Assembly (NCBI GenBank): GCA_036002655.1
Contig: DASYTD010000139.1
Span: 1 to 62,478 of the forward strand
DNA: 62,478 nt
Direction of reading: 5' to 3'
Source of the DNA: Gemmatimonadales bacterium
GTDB lineage: Bacteria; Gemmatimonadota; Gemmatimonadetes; Gemmatimonadales; GWC2-71-9
Shown here: positions 34,538-44,874 of the stretch, piece by piece
Layout of the letters: each line of letters starts with the position of its first letter
How positions within the stretch are numbered: position 1 is the stretch's first letter
Notes under the pieces: generated by a model
Databases searched by the model: none
Told to the model about the DNA's origin: nothing
What the model saw: the letters and a program-made list of their open reading frames with translations, nothing else
Made by a program: the position numbers and the translations under genes

Positions 34538-35755
34538 TCATACCCCACCCTGTTCCGGTTTTGCAGCGGGGGCCTCGAGCGGAGGCGCTGCCGCTACCGG
34601 GGCGCGCTCGTCCGAGACGACGGCGACCTGCGGCTCCCACTGCCGCATCATGCGCGTGAAGGCGGAGCACAGCTGCGGATCGAACTCGAGCCCGCTGCGT
34701 TCCTCCAGGTAGCCGAGCGTCTTCTCGAAAGACCACGCTTCGCGATACGGACGCCGCGTGCGCAACGCATCGTACACGTCGCAGACGTGCACCAGCTTGC
34801 TGGCCTGATGGCAGTCACGCGGGTAATGGAGGACCGGATACCCTCCCCCGTTGATCATGATATGGTGCTCGTAGGCCACGACGACGGCGAGATCGAGGTC
34901 CTCCTCGACGTCGAGCAGCAGGCGCGCCCCCGCGGCTGGGTGCGCGTTCATCAGCGCCCGCTCTGCATCGGTCAGTTTGCCGGGCTTGGTGAGGACCTCG
35001 AGTGGGATTTTGATTTTGCCGATGTCGTGCAGCAGCCCGGCGATCCCGAAACCACGCACGTCCGTCGCGGATAGGCCGATGAATTCCGCCAGCGCCATCG
35101 ACAGCACGGCCACGTTCATCGAATGCGTCGTGGTGTACTGATCGAACTCCTTGAGATGCAGCAGCGGTAACATGATCTGGCGGCCGCCGTGCATCGCGAC
35201 GGCGAGCGAGCGCACGACGGCCTCGGCTTCCGCGAGCGGCACCGCGCCCCTCGTCTGCACTTCCCCCTGCAGCCACCGCAGCGTGTCCACCTCTTCGCCC
35301 AGCGAGAAGCTGATCGTGGCCGTCGGCAGCGGCTCGGGCGCCATCTCAGTCTCGCCCTTCAAGCCCACCGCTCCGAAGCGGATGCTGCTGCGCCGCATCT
35401 GGCGGGCCTCCGTGCTGATCGCGGAGAGCGTGAGGCGGGCGAGCACTTCTTCGAGGAAGCCTTCGAAGTCCTCACGGCCCACGACATCCTCGAACTCCAA
35501 CCGCTGGATGCCGGCCTGCGCCAACCGCTTGCCCCAATCCCACGCCTTGAGCTCGCGGAGCGGCGTGCGGCCGAACACGACTTCGTCGCCCAGGAATGTG
35601 AAGAGCGGGCGTGGGGTATCGGCCTGGAGATCGTGCAGCTGCTGGTACGCCAGGTCCACGGCGCGCTCGCGCGCGGGGTGGCTGTCGCGGTACAGCGCCA
35701 TCGCCGCAAGCGCCTGCGCGAACCCGTTGAGGAACCGTCCCGGGTCGCCGCTCAT
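34538..35755 (-). CDS. HD-GYP domain c-di-GMP phosphodiesterase-type protein with uncharacterised N-terminal domain
   Basis: Start set to MSGDPGRF (ATGA overlap with the upstream stop). HD-GYP core HSMNVAVLS...LLHDIGKIKIP...HHIMINGGGYP...VCDVYDALRTRRPYR. Confidence 0.85.
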   Translation of the reverse strand: MSGDPGRFLNGFAQALAAMALYRDSHPARERAVDLAYQQLHDLQADTPRPLFTFLGDEVVFGRTPLRELKAWDWGKRLAQAGIQRLEFEDVVGREDFEGFLEEVLARLTLSAISTEARQMRRSSIRFGAVGLKGETEMAPEPLPTATISFSLGEEVDTLRWLQGEVQTRGAVPLAEAEAVVRSLAVAMHGGRQIMLPLLHLKEFDQYTTTHSMNVAVLSMALAEFIGLSATDVRGFGIAGLLHDIGKIKIPLEVLTKPGKLTDAERALMNAHPAAGARLLLDVEEDLDLAVVVAYEHHIMINGGGYPVLHYPRDCHQASKLVHVCDVYDALRTRRPYREAWSFEKTLGYLEERSGLEFDPQLCSAFTRMMRQWEPQVAVVSDERAPVAAAPPLEAPAAKPEQGGV

Positions 35756-37857
35756 CGGTTGGGAATCGCCGCGGTGACTCGCGGGCTCGCGATGACGGCG
35801 TTGCGCACGTCGGGGTCGTTGGAGCTCCGGGCCAGCGCCAGCAGGGCGGCCACCCGGCCGTCGTTGCGCCATCCGGCCGACAGCGCCATCAACGCGGCGA
35901 GCACTTCGAGCGATCGCGACGCGAGCCTAGGGCGTCCCAACCAGTTCGTGCCCCCGTCCACCAGCTGGAGCAACGCGGTCAGCGCCGCCGCATTGCCCGC
36001 GCGGCCGAGGACCTTGATGGCGAGTACTCGCAGCTCCGATGGGATCGCCGGATCGTGGGCTACCTGCGTGACGAACTGAAGCGCGGCGGGCGGACAGTGC
36101 TCCAATGCGGCGGTTAACGCGAGCCGCACTATCCGAGGGTCGGGATCTCGCAGGGCGCCGAGGAGCGCGACCTCGCGCTCGGCAGGGATCCTGAGCGCGA
36201 GCTTCAATGCCTCCCGGCGCACCCGGGCGTCGTCATGGTAGATGAACGCAGCCGTCGAGAATCCATCGGGAAGACTCGGCAGGCCATCGAGGATCAGCAG
36301 CAGATTGCGCGCGACATACCAGGGGATCGCACCGGAGAGCCGCGCGGCGATGACGGGGCCGAGCTCGCGCGGCGCGCGCGTCAGCCGATCGAGCAGCCCA
36401 CGGCGCGTCGTTCGGGATTCGGACGCGCCAAGCACATCGAGGAGCGGCTCGAAGGCGGCGACGGCCAGGCGGGGCAGCACCCGATCAAGCGTCGCGAAGT
36501 CGGGCGGCTCGGTGCCGGCGAGCTGCCGGACGACGTCCGGCGCCGTGACCCGATCCCACACCGGCACGACGGCGCCAGTGGGCGACGCCTCCAGCGCTTC
36601 CACCAGCCGTCCGACGCCGCCCTCGGCGACCAGACGTTCGACGGCTCGCCAGGCTCCGAATCCGAGCACCCCCGCTTCGATCGCAGTTTGGAGAATGCGC
36701 AACGGCTCCGCCGTTTGGATCGTCTCGCTGCGCTGCTGCGCAGCCGGGGATGCCGCCGCCATCCGGTGGAGCGCGTGTCCATAGGCATCCGGATTTGGAT
36801 CGTCGAGCGTCCAGCCCTGCAGGAGATCGCGTACCTGCTCGCGCAGCGCTTCGTCCGCTTGAGGCCGCACCTCGGCGGTGCCCTGTTCCGCATGTTGCGC
36901 GAGCTTCGACAGCATGCGCACGAGCGGATCGGAGACGGTTTTATGTGAGGCGTCCGCCATCGCGCGCACGACGTCGAGCACGGCATCCACCGCGAGACCA
37001 TGCGTCGCGTCAATGGCGAACTTGGTACGTTGGGCGCTGTCGCCGCCCATTTCGATCAGCCGGCGCAGCGTGCCCGGCTGCAGCGCACCCAGCAGTTTGG
37101 ACGTGCGCCGCCGCAGTGCGGCGGCCTCCGCTCCACCGGTGTGCTTCAGCTCATCCGCGATTTGCAGCAAGTAGCCGACGATCACCTGGTCGTAGGCCGC
37201 ACCGCCCGGATGCTCGTCGATCGCCTTTGCGATCATGGAGGGTTCGGTGGGAGGCGGCGGTGCGTCGTCGCCCGCCAGCGCTTCCGCCGTCAGCGCTGCT
37301 CGCGCCAGACCGACCCAGAGCTGCGCGCTCCGCAGTCCCCGCTGCTTCGCGCCCTTGTCATCCACCGGCGCCTGGTCATCCTTCTGCACCAGCTCGAGAC
37401 GTTCGTAGGTGACCGGATGCAGCCGGATGTGATCCCAGGCGCGGAGCTGTTCGGGAGGTCCCAGACCTATGGGCTGTCCGGTGCGCTCCGCTTCGACGGC
37501 GAGCGTGCGGAGCACGTCCGCCACCTCCGGCGCTCGCAGCCCACGATGGAAGGTCACGGCTCCCAGGTGATGCCGGTGTAAGCGGCCCGCGAGCTCCGCC
37601 AGCACCGGATTCTTCACATCCGTGGCGACGCCTTCGATCACGAGCTGCTGGCGCGCCACACCGAGTGCCAGCGTGGTTCGCTCTTCGAACAGATGCTCGG
37701 CGCGGCGGGTGACGCCCGCGGCGCTGGGGGCAAGCGACGGGTGACCCTCCGGATACATCGCGTGCTTGTGGAGAGCGATGGAGAGCTCGATGAGGAAATC
37801 GGCCAGCTCTCGAGAGAGAGCAGCCCGCTCCGGCTGTCCTGTGGTGGGAGCGCTCAT
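35752..37857 (-). CDS. large HEAT-repeat protein with an N-terminal domain paralogous to the HD-GYP N-terminus
   Basis: 701 aa. N-terminal HKHAMYPEGHPSL... C-terminal HEAT-like repeats (DARVRREALKLAL, DPDPRIVRLALTAAL, SELRVLAIKVLG). Confidence 0.7.
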   Translation of the reverse strand: MSAPTTGQPERAALSRELADFLIELSIALHKHAMYPEGHPSLAPSAAGVTRRAEHLFEERTTLALGVARQQLVIEGVATDVKNPVLAELAGRLHRHHLGAVTFHRGLRAPEVADVLRTLAVEAERTGQPIGLGPPEQLRAWDHIRLHPVTYERLELVQKDDQAPVDDKGAKQRGLRSAQLWVGLARAALTAEALAGDDAPPPPTEPSMIAKAIDEHPGGAAYDQVIVGYLLQIADELKHTGGAEAAALRRRTSKLLGALQPGTLRRLIEMGGDSAQRTKFAIDATHGLAVDAVLDVVRAMADASHKTVSDPLVRMLSKLAQHAEQGTAEVRPQADEALREQVRDLLQGWTLDDPNPDAYGHALHRMAAASPAAQQRSETIQTAEPLRILQTAIEAGVLGFGAWRAVERLVAEGGVGRLVEALEASPTGAVVPVWDRVTAPDVVRQLAGTEPPDFATLDRVLPRLAVAAFEPLLDVLGASESRTTRRGLLDRLTRAPRELGPVIAARLSGAIPWYVARNLLLILDGLPSLPDGFSTAAFIYHDDARVRREALKLALRIPAEREVALLGALRDPDPRIVRLALTAALEHCPPAALQFVTQVAHDPAIPSELRVLAIKVLGRAGNAAALTALLQLVDGGTNWLGRPRLASRSLEVLAALMALSAGWRNDGRVAALLALARSSNDPDVRNAVIASPRVTAAIPNR

Positions 37858-37902
37858 GGGGACCCCAAAATAGCGCTCGCCCCAGTGCGTAAGGTCACTT
37901 TC

Positions 37903-37939
37903 GCAAAACGCAACGCCCTGGGGAGATCCCCAGGGCGTT
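37903..37939 (-). terminator. intrinsic terminator of groESL
   Basis: 12-bp stem AACGCCCTGGGG (37912-37923) / CCCCAGGGCGTT (37928-37939) with a 4-nt loop. On the minus strand it is followed by GCGUUUUGCG. Confidence 0.6.
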
Positions 37940-37962
37940 GTCCAGCCACGACCCGTCGGCCT

Positions 37963-37986
37963 AGGCGTCTGAGCGTCTAGGCGTCT
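37963..37986. repeat. octamer array AGGCGTCT GAGCGTCT AGGCGTCT
   Basis: Direct reading. Lies 7 nt downstream of the groEL stop. Confidence 0.8.
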
Positions 37987-37992
37987 TGATAA

Positions 37993-39648
<1,656 letters not shown>

Positions 39649-39957
39649 TTACGCGAGCTTCGCGATGACGTCGGATTCCTTGATCAGGATGATCTCTTCG
39701 TTGTCCAACTCGACCTGCGTGCCGCTGTACTTCCCGTAGATGACGCGGTCCCCAACTTTCAGCTCCATCGGGACCTGCTCCCCCTTCTCCCGCCGGCCGG
39801 GTCCCACGGCGATGATCTCGCCCTGGATCGGCTTCTCTTTGGCGGTGTCGGGGATGTACAGCCCGCCCTTCATCGTCTCGGTCTCTTCCATGGGGCGGAT
39901 CGCGACGCGATCGGCCAACGGATAGACCTTGTACTTCGCTTTGGTTGCCGTTGCCAT
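39649..39957 (-). CDS. groES: co-chaperonin GroES
   Basis: 102 aa. Contains [10 protein letters not shown]...[12 protein letters not shown]. Confidence 0.95.
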   Translation of the reverse strand: MATATKAKYKVYPLADRVAIRPMEETETMKGGLYIPDTAKEKPIQGEIIAVGPGRREKGEQVPMELKVGDRVIYGKYSGTQVELDNEEIILIKESDVIAKLA

Positions 39958-39996
39958 GATGCAGTAGCCTCCGTAACTCTTTGAATTGATTAGCTG

Positions 39997-40023
39997 TTAG
40001 CACTCGCAGCAGGTGAGTGCTAA
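39997..40023. promoter_or_regulatory. CIRCE operator (HrcA binding site)
   Basis: TTAGCACTC-gcagcaggt-GAGTGCTAA is a perfect match to the TTAGCACTC-N9-GAGTGCTAA consensus. Lies 40 nt upstream of the groES ATG. Confidence 0.9.
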
Positions 40024-40035
40024 GACTACGGAGGG

Positions 40036-40064
40036 AATCTCGCCTGCGTGCAGCGGCAGGTCAA
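40036..40064 (-). promoter_or_regulatory. putative groESL promoter
   Basis: Minus strand: TTGACC (40064->40059), 17 nt, GAGATT (40041->40036), directly upstream of CIRCE. The -10 box is weak. Confidence 0.35.
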
Positions 40065-40084
40065 GGGGCGGAAAAAACGAGAGG

Positions 40085-40115
40085 CTAAGGGGCTACGAGA
40101 CTAAGGGGCTACGAG
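40085..40115. repeat. tandem duplication of 15 nt (16-nt period) CTAAGGGGCTACGAG containing the lipoprotein stop codon
   Basis: Copy 1 is 40085-40099 and copy 2 is 40101-40115 (identical 15-mers). Copy 2 encodes ...LVAP-stop. Confidence 0.85.
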
Positions 40116-40469
40116 GGCCAGGACCGCAGCGTTGGCACGGGAACGTGGCGAGGTGACTTGCGAGTCGAGCGGGACAGTCGCGGCGCCGACAATGACGCCC
40201 GACCGGGTGTCGGCCAACCGAACATGTAACCAGGACGGCTCTCCCGGGCCAGGATCGCTGAAGGTGAAATAGATGAGGGCGGCTGTCGGCCGGCTCCCGC
40301 CGCGCACCTTCTCGCGTACTCGAAAGCCGTACCCGCGCATCGCCCGCGCCAGTTCGCGGCTCTGCTCGTCCTTGCCCTCTACCAGCACATCATAACCGCG
40401 CAGACTTGCGGGAAGGCGCGACGTCGCACACGCGACCACCAGGAGCGACGTGAGGAGAGCGAATCTCAC
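40101..40469 (-). CDS. hypothetical lipoprotein
   Basis: Start set to the GTG at 40469 (GTGA overlap with the NlpC/P60 stop). Begins VRFALLTSLLVVACAT (lipobox). Confidence 0.55.
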   Translation of the reverse strand: MRFALLTSLLVVACATSRLPASLRGYDVLVEGKDEQSRELARAMRGYGFRVREKVRGGSRPTAALIYFTFSDPGPGEPSWLHVRLADTRSGVIVGAATVPLDSQVTSPRSRANAAVLALVAP

Positions 40470-41437
40470 TGCACGATCCGCCGGACACCGACCCAGCGCG
40501 CCACCCACCACGCTCCATCGGAGTCCTGCTGCTCCAAGCGCGACAATTTCACGCCCGTGCTCGAGCTATGAATGAAGGTCTGCTCGCCGACATACATCCC
40601 GACGTGCGTGATACCGCCGCCGGCCTGCGCCGCGAAGAGGAGAATGTCACCGGGATGCAGCGCCTCGACGAGGGGAGTGACTTCGCTTCCCGAGCTCGCC
40701 TGATCGCGGCTCATCCTCGGCAGCCGGATGCCGTGTTTGCTGTAGGCCCACTGCACGAGCCCCGAACAATCGAATCCATTGGCGGCGGTGCCGCCCCAGA
40801 CGTAGGGAGTGCCGAGCACCTCGAGCGCAGAGCGGACGATCTCCGCCGCGTTGCCGCTGATGGTGCTGGGTGGCTCGGGAGGGGGGCGAGAAGCCCGAGC
40901 GCCTGCTCCGCCCCGCCATGCCCGCTTTCCGATACCGAGCGAGACCGCAAAGGCGACGCCCACCCCATCCCGCCGGTCCGGCGATCTTCGCCAGAAGCCG
41001 CGCGGGCCGATGTCCTGCAGGCGATAGACCGCTTCCATTCCCAGCGCGACCCATGAGATCGGCCGCCATTCGATGCCACCGCCGAGCTTCCACAACGCCG
41101 CGAGAGATTGCTTGGAAGTGTCAGTCGCGAGACCGAGGGCAACGCCGGCAACCGCGTAGGGTCCGAACGTTTGGCGATGCCGCAACGCCTGCAATTCCCA
41201 GCCGGCTCCATAGAACGCGCGCCGCCGCCCGAGGCTGTCATGGATGAGCATGTGGCCGGTGAGACCGTGTCCGAAGATCCCGCCGCCCAGTGGCGTCGTG
41301 GTTCGCAGCTCGTAGGTGGTCGTCTGATTGCCGCGGTACCAGCGGCCGTACAGCAGATCAACATCACGTCCCTGCGCCTCGAGCGAGGGCGCTGCGAGTG
41401 CTACAACGAGAAGTGCGTAGTCAATCCGCGGCCGCAA
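40466..41437 (-). CDS. NlpC/P60 cell-wall hydrolase with N-terminal beta-barrel-like domain
   Basis: C-terminal LGTPYVWGGTAANGFDCSGLV...GDILLF...GGITHVGMYVG. The TTG start at 41437, giving the signal-like MRPRIDYALLVVALAAPSLEAQG, is my choice and is uncertain. Confidence 0.8.
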   Translation of the reverse strand: MRPRIDYALLVVALAAPSLEAQGRDVDLLYGRWYRGNQTTTYELRTTTPLGGGIFGHGLTGHMLIHDSLGRRRAFYGAGWELQALRHRQTFGPYAVAGVALGLATDTSKQSLAALWKLGGGIEWRPISWVALGMEAVYRLQDIGPRGFWRRSPDRRDGVGVAFAVSLGIGKRAWRGGAGARASRPPPEPPSTISGNAAEIVRSALEVLGTPYVWGGTAANGFDCSGLVQWAYSKHGIRLPRMSRDQASSGSEVTPLVEALHPGDILLFAAQAGGGITHVGMYVGEQTFIHSSSTGVKLSRLEQQDSDGAWWVARWVGVRRIVQ

Positions 41438-41705
41438 TCGCGGCGTGCTCCTCGGAGGCGCGAGGCGCCATGTGATGAGAGAGCAGATGCGGCAGATGTC
41501 GCATGAAGCGAACCCACATCCAGAGAACCGCAAAGCCGAATAGCAGCGCACCGGCACCGGCGATGGCGAGCATCAAGAAGGGATTTTCAAACCGCAGCGC
41601 CACCAGCGCGCCGAGCCAGAGGCCGACGTGTGACGCCACCCAGGCCCATCCGGGGGTGAGGAGCCAACCCAGGACGATGAGCAGATGCGCCATCCACCGC
41701 GGCAC
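41421..41705 (-). CDS. small hypothetical membrane protein (3 TM)
   Basis: 94 aa, hydrophobic (LLIVLGWLLTPGWAWVASHVGLWLGALVAL...). Confidence 0.45.
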   Translation of the reverse strand: MPRWMAHLLIVLGWLLTPGWAWVASHVGLWLGALVALRFENPFLMLAIAGAGALLFGFAVLWMWVRFMRHLPHLLSHHMAPRASEEHAAIAAAD

Positions 41706-41711
41706 GGTTCG

Positions 41712-42332
41712 TTATCCCTTGCGGGCGATCGCGGCGACGGCGAACACGATGAGGGTTACCACAAAGCCGGCGCCTGCGGCGACGGGGGCCAACATCACGC
41801 CGCTTATTCCCAGTCCGACCGCAAAACCGACGCCGCCCAACAGCATGGGTAGTGCCAGCGCCCGGATCGAGGGATCGCCGCCGCGCGCCGCGCGCGCCGC
41901 GGTCACGAGCGCACCCAACCAGGCGACGAACGTGCCGAGCATCCACCAGATGGGCAGATACCACCACGTGCTGCCGCCGCCGACGGCATCCCAGGCCCAC
42001 GGATAGGCGTGGAAAGGTCGCAGCAAGATGATGTCGATCGCCATGAACACGATCGTGCCCCACAATCCGATGGCGGCGGCCCCGGCGATGCCCTGCGTCG
42101 TCCGCGCCGTCGCCCACGCGCCAGGGAGCAGCGTCGCCGCGGCGGCCGTGCCGAGCACGACGATCGTCTGCAACAGCGACCGGACAATTCCCGGCGGCAG
42201 CAGGCGCGACACAACGAGAAAGACGACGACGCCCGCGGCCGTCGCGAGGCCCGTCTTGGTGCCGCTGATAAGAATGTGCCGGAAGTCCGACCGATCGACC
42301 GTCGCGGGGGAGGGCGCTGTGCCTGCCGTCAT
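41712..42332 (-). CDS. hypothetical polytopic membrane protein
   Basis: 206 aa, about 6 hydrophobic segments and a Trp-rich loop (WAWDAVGGGSTWWYLPIWWMLG). GGAG lies about 10 nt upstream. Confidence 0.5.
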   Translation of the reverse strand: MTAGTAPSPATVDRSDFRHILISGTKTGLATAAGVVVFLVVSRLLPPGIVRSLLQTIVVLGTAAAATLLPGAWATARTTQGIAGAAAIGLWGTIVFMAIDIILLRPFHAYPWAWDAVGGGSTWWYLPIWWMLGTFVAWLGALVTAARAARGGDPSIRALALPMLLGGVGFAVGLGISGVMLAPVAAGAGFVVTLIVFAVAAIARKG

Positions 42333-42381
42333 TTCGGACTGCTCCGGGAAAGGGCCGTTCAGCTAATCTAAACGCCACACA

Positions 42382-43308
42382 TTACGTGGCAAACACAAAC
42401 AGCACCGTGAGATCGGTTACCGCCCACGCGGCTAGCGCACGGTACATGCCGCGCTGGTGCTGCTTGGAACTCCAGCTCGCATAACCCAATAGCCACGGCA
42501 CGAGCACAGCCAACCACAGCGCCAGCGGAAGCAGCAGCGCGAAGCCCTTCCCCTCAACTCCCACGGTCGCTACCGCCCAGGCGAACAGGGCAAACGCCAG
42601 CAGCGTGGACAGCAGCGCGACCACCAAGCTCACCCGCATCCCCAAAATCAGCGCCAGCGTGCGGTCGCCGCGACGCCGGTCCTCATCGAACTGATACAGC
42701 TGCGTGAGGGGATAGAGCCCAGCGAACAGCGGACAGAACGCAAGCAGCACCAGAGCGTGGCCGGTATCGAGCGGCCGGCCCGTCGCGGCCCAGGCAGCAT
42801 AAGGCGTCAGCGTACCGAACCCCCACATGTTGATGACCCAGTCCACACCGGCGACCGCCTTGAAGCGAAACGGCGGGACCGAATAGAGGATCGACAGCAC
42901 AAAACAGATCGCGTACGCAATCTGAAACCCGGCGGGCAGCGAGAGGGCCAGCAGCTGACCGGCAACAAGCAGTGCCACGCTGAAGTGGAGCAGATACCGG
43001 GGCAGCGGCGGCGGGGTGTTGAGATAACCGATGTCGCCTTCATCGCGGTCGAAGACACTGTTGATCGCCAGCGTCCCGCCGTTCAAGAAGACCACCCAGA
43101 TCACGAGAGCTCTGAGCGCGGTGCCCAACTGCTCCCCGCTCCCTGCTCCCTGCACCCCGACCGCAAGCACATACCCAAGTAGCGTGTGCCCCGCCATGAT
43201 CGGCCACTCGGCGGGACGCAGGTGGAGGATGTAGGAGTAGAGGTCACCGGGCAGCAGGCGGTAGCCCCAGCGCCGCCACGCGTTGAGCGTGCGAGCGTCG
43301 CTTACCAT
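42382..43308 (-). CDS. UbiA family prenyltransferase
   Basis: 308 aa, polytopic. Asp-rich motif INSVFDRDEGDIGY. Confidence 0.75.
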   Translation of the reverse strand: MVSDARTLNAWRRWGYRLLPGDLYSYILHLRPAEWPIMAGHTLLGYVLAVGVQGAGSGEQLGTALRALVIWVVFLNGGTLAINSVFDRDEGDIGYLNTPPPLPRYLLHFSVALLVAGQLLALSLPAGFQIAYAICFVLSILYSVPPFRFKAVAGVDWVINMWGFGTLTPYAAWAATGRPLDTGHALVLLAFCPLFAGLYPLTQLYQFDEDRRRGDRTLALILGMRVSLVVALLSTLLAFALFAWAVATVGVEGKGFALLLPLALWLAVLVPWLLGYASWSSKQHQRGMYRALAAWAVTDLTVLFVFAT

Positions 43309-44093
43309 TTCAGACCGAGCGCCGCCGCCGCTATTCGGAGGCCGATCAGGGTGAGGTCAGCGTGGACCGACTCGATCTCTTTACACAGCGGAGCGACGAG
43401 ACCAACCAGGCCGCCCGTTGCCACGACCATCGGCTGAGTCTGGGACGGCCACTCCGCTTGGATGCGGCGCACCAGCCCGTCTACGGCGTCGGCGGTGCCC
43501 CACAGCACGCCGACACGGATGCAGTCTTCCGTGCGCCGTCCAATCGCGTGCGTGGGCGGCAGCAGCTCCGTTGCCGGCAGCTTCGCCGTCTTGCGCACCA
43601 ATTCGTCCGATGCGGTGCGGATACCGGGCATGATCACGCCGCCGATAAAGCGACCACCTCCACGGCCATCCACAGTAATGCAGTCGAACGTCGTCGCCGT
43701 GCCGAAGTCCACGACGATCGTGTCCTTGTTGAAGAGCTGCACTGCAGCCAACGTGTTGACGATGCGGTCGGCGCCGACCGTCAGCGGCTCATCGACATCC
43801 AGGACGATGGGGAGTTTGGAGCGAGCGTCCACGCGCACCGGCTCCCGCGTGGTCGCCGCCACGATGCCGTCGCACAAGCTCGCCGTTATCTGCGGCGCGA
43901 CGGACGCCACGATCGCGGCGCGGATTTCCTCGGTCGAATGTCCCGCCTGCGTCAGCTGCGCCGTAAACGCGGAGGCCCATTCGTCGGGCGTGCGGTGCGG
44001 CGTCGAATGCAGGCGCCAGTGCGCCTCGAGGCGCTCACCCGCAAACAGCCCGACGGTCGTCTCGGTGTTGCCGATGTCGAAGGCGAGGAGCAT
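43302..44093 (-). CDS. coaX: type III pantothenate kinase
   Basis: Start set to MLLAFDIGNTETTVGLF. The track ORF (505 aa) has a spurious N-terminal extension over birA. Confidence 0.9.
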   Translation of the reverse strand: MLLAFDIGNTETTVGLFAGERLEAHWRLHSTPHRTPDEWASAFTAQLTQAGHSTEEIRAAIVASVAPQITASLCDGIVAATTREPVRVDARSKLPIVLDVDEPLTVGADRIVNTLAAVQLFNKDTIVVDFGTATTFDCITVDGRGGGRFIGGVIMPGIRTASDELVRKTAKLPATELLPPTHAIGRRTEDCIRVGVLWGTADAVDGLVRRIQAEWPSQTQPMVVATGGLVGLVAPLCKEIESVHADLTLIGLRIAAAALGLKW

Positions 44094-44100
44094 GGGGCGG

Positions 44101-44874
44101 CTAAGATAGCTCGACGTGGCCGTCGCGCACCATCGTGGTGCCGGCGCCCGTGTCCACGAGGAGCGCGCCGTCCGGACAAATCCCGGCGGCGCGGCCCGCG
44201 AGCGGCGCGCGGATCTGGCGCCCCCGCAGCCAATCGCGCCGCGCGAACGCCATGCACTCGAACTCCGTGAGCTGCGCGCCGTGCGCCGCGAGCCGCAGCA
44301 GCGCCGGGATGAGCTGGTCCAGCACGTCGATCCGCCGCACGCTCGGCCGGAGCGCGCGCAATGAGACGGCGCGATCGGCCAGCTCCGGAGGGACGTCGTT
44401 CGCCACGTTGATGCCGATCCCCACGCCCAGCCACTGCAACGCGTCGCCCTGCCAGCGACTCTCGCACAAAACCCCCGCGACCTTACGGTCGTCCACGAGT
44501 ACGTCGTTGGGCCACTTGAGTCCGGCACGCGGACCGGACAGCGCCGTGGGCCGGACGCCGAGCACCGCCTCAACGACGTCAGCCACGACGAGTCCGACTC
44601 GCAGGGACAACACGCCGGGCGCCGGCACCGGTGGCCGCAACAGCGTCCCGAGCCACACGCCCCCAGGCGGGGACCGCCAGGTACGGCCGTCGCGTCCCCG
44701 CCCCGCGGTTTGCTCCTCGGCGAGGACGACCGTCCCGGCGGGCGCTTGCTGCGCGCCGAGGTCGTGAATCGCGTCGAGGCTGGAAGAGAGACTGCGAAAG
44801 ACGCCGCATTGCGGCACACCCCAGCGGCGCGCCAGGACAGCCGCGGGAATCCCGTCGATTTCTAGCCGTGCCAC
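44101..44874 (-). CDS. birA: biotin--[acetyl-CoA-carboxylase] ligase
   Basis: GTG start at 44874. Contains EEQTAGRGRDGRTW and LKWPNDVLV. Confidence 0.85.
   Translation of the reverse strand: MARLEIDGIPAAVLARRWGVPQCGVFRSLSSSLDAIHDLGAQQAPAGTVVLAEEQTAGRGRDGRTWRSPPGGVWLGTLLRPPVPAPGVLSLRVGLVVADVVEAVLGVRPTALSGPRAGLKWPNDVLVDDRKVAGVLCESRWQGDALQWLGVGIGINVANDVPPELADRAVSLRALRPSVRRIDVLDQLIPALLRLAAHGAQLTEFECMAFARRDWLRGRQIRAPLAGRAAGICPDGALLVDTGAGTTMVRDGHVELS

Noticed and set aside
40066-40084. T6 run (minus strand CTCTCGTTTTTTCC) after the lipoprotein gene as an intrinsic terminator
   Set aside because: I could not find a complementary stem upstream of the T-run. The neighbouring sequence is a direct repeat, not an inverted one.
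44094-44819. N-terminal 241-codon extension of the coaX ORF (43302..44819), and similar extensions of the uvrD, batA, uppP, DUF58, scpA, rluB, mutL, birA, HD-GYP and HEAT ORFs
   Set aside because: The extensions overlap the upstream gene and lack similarity to the family. In each case an ATG or GTG overlapping the upstream stop gives the canonical N-terminus.
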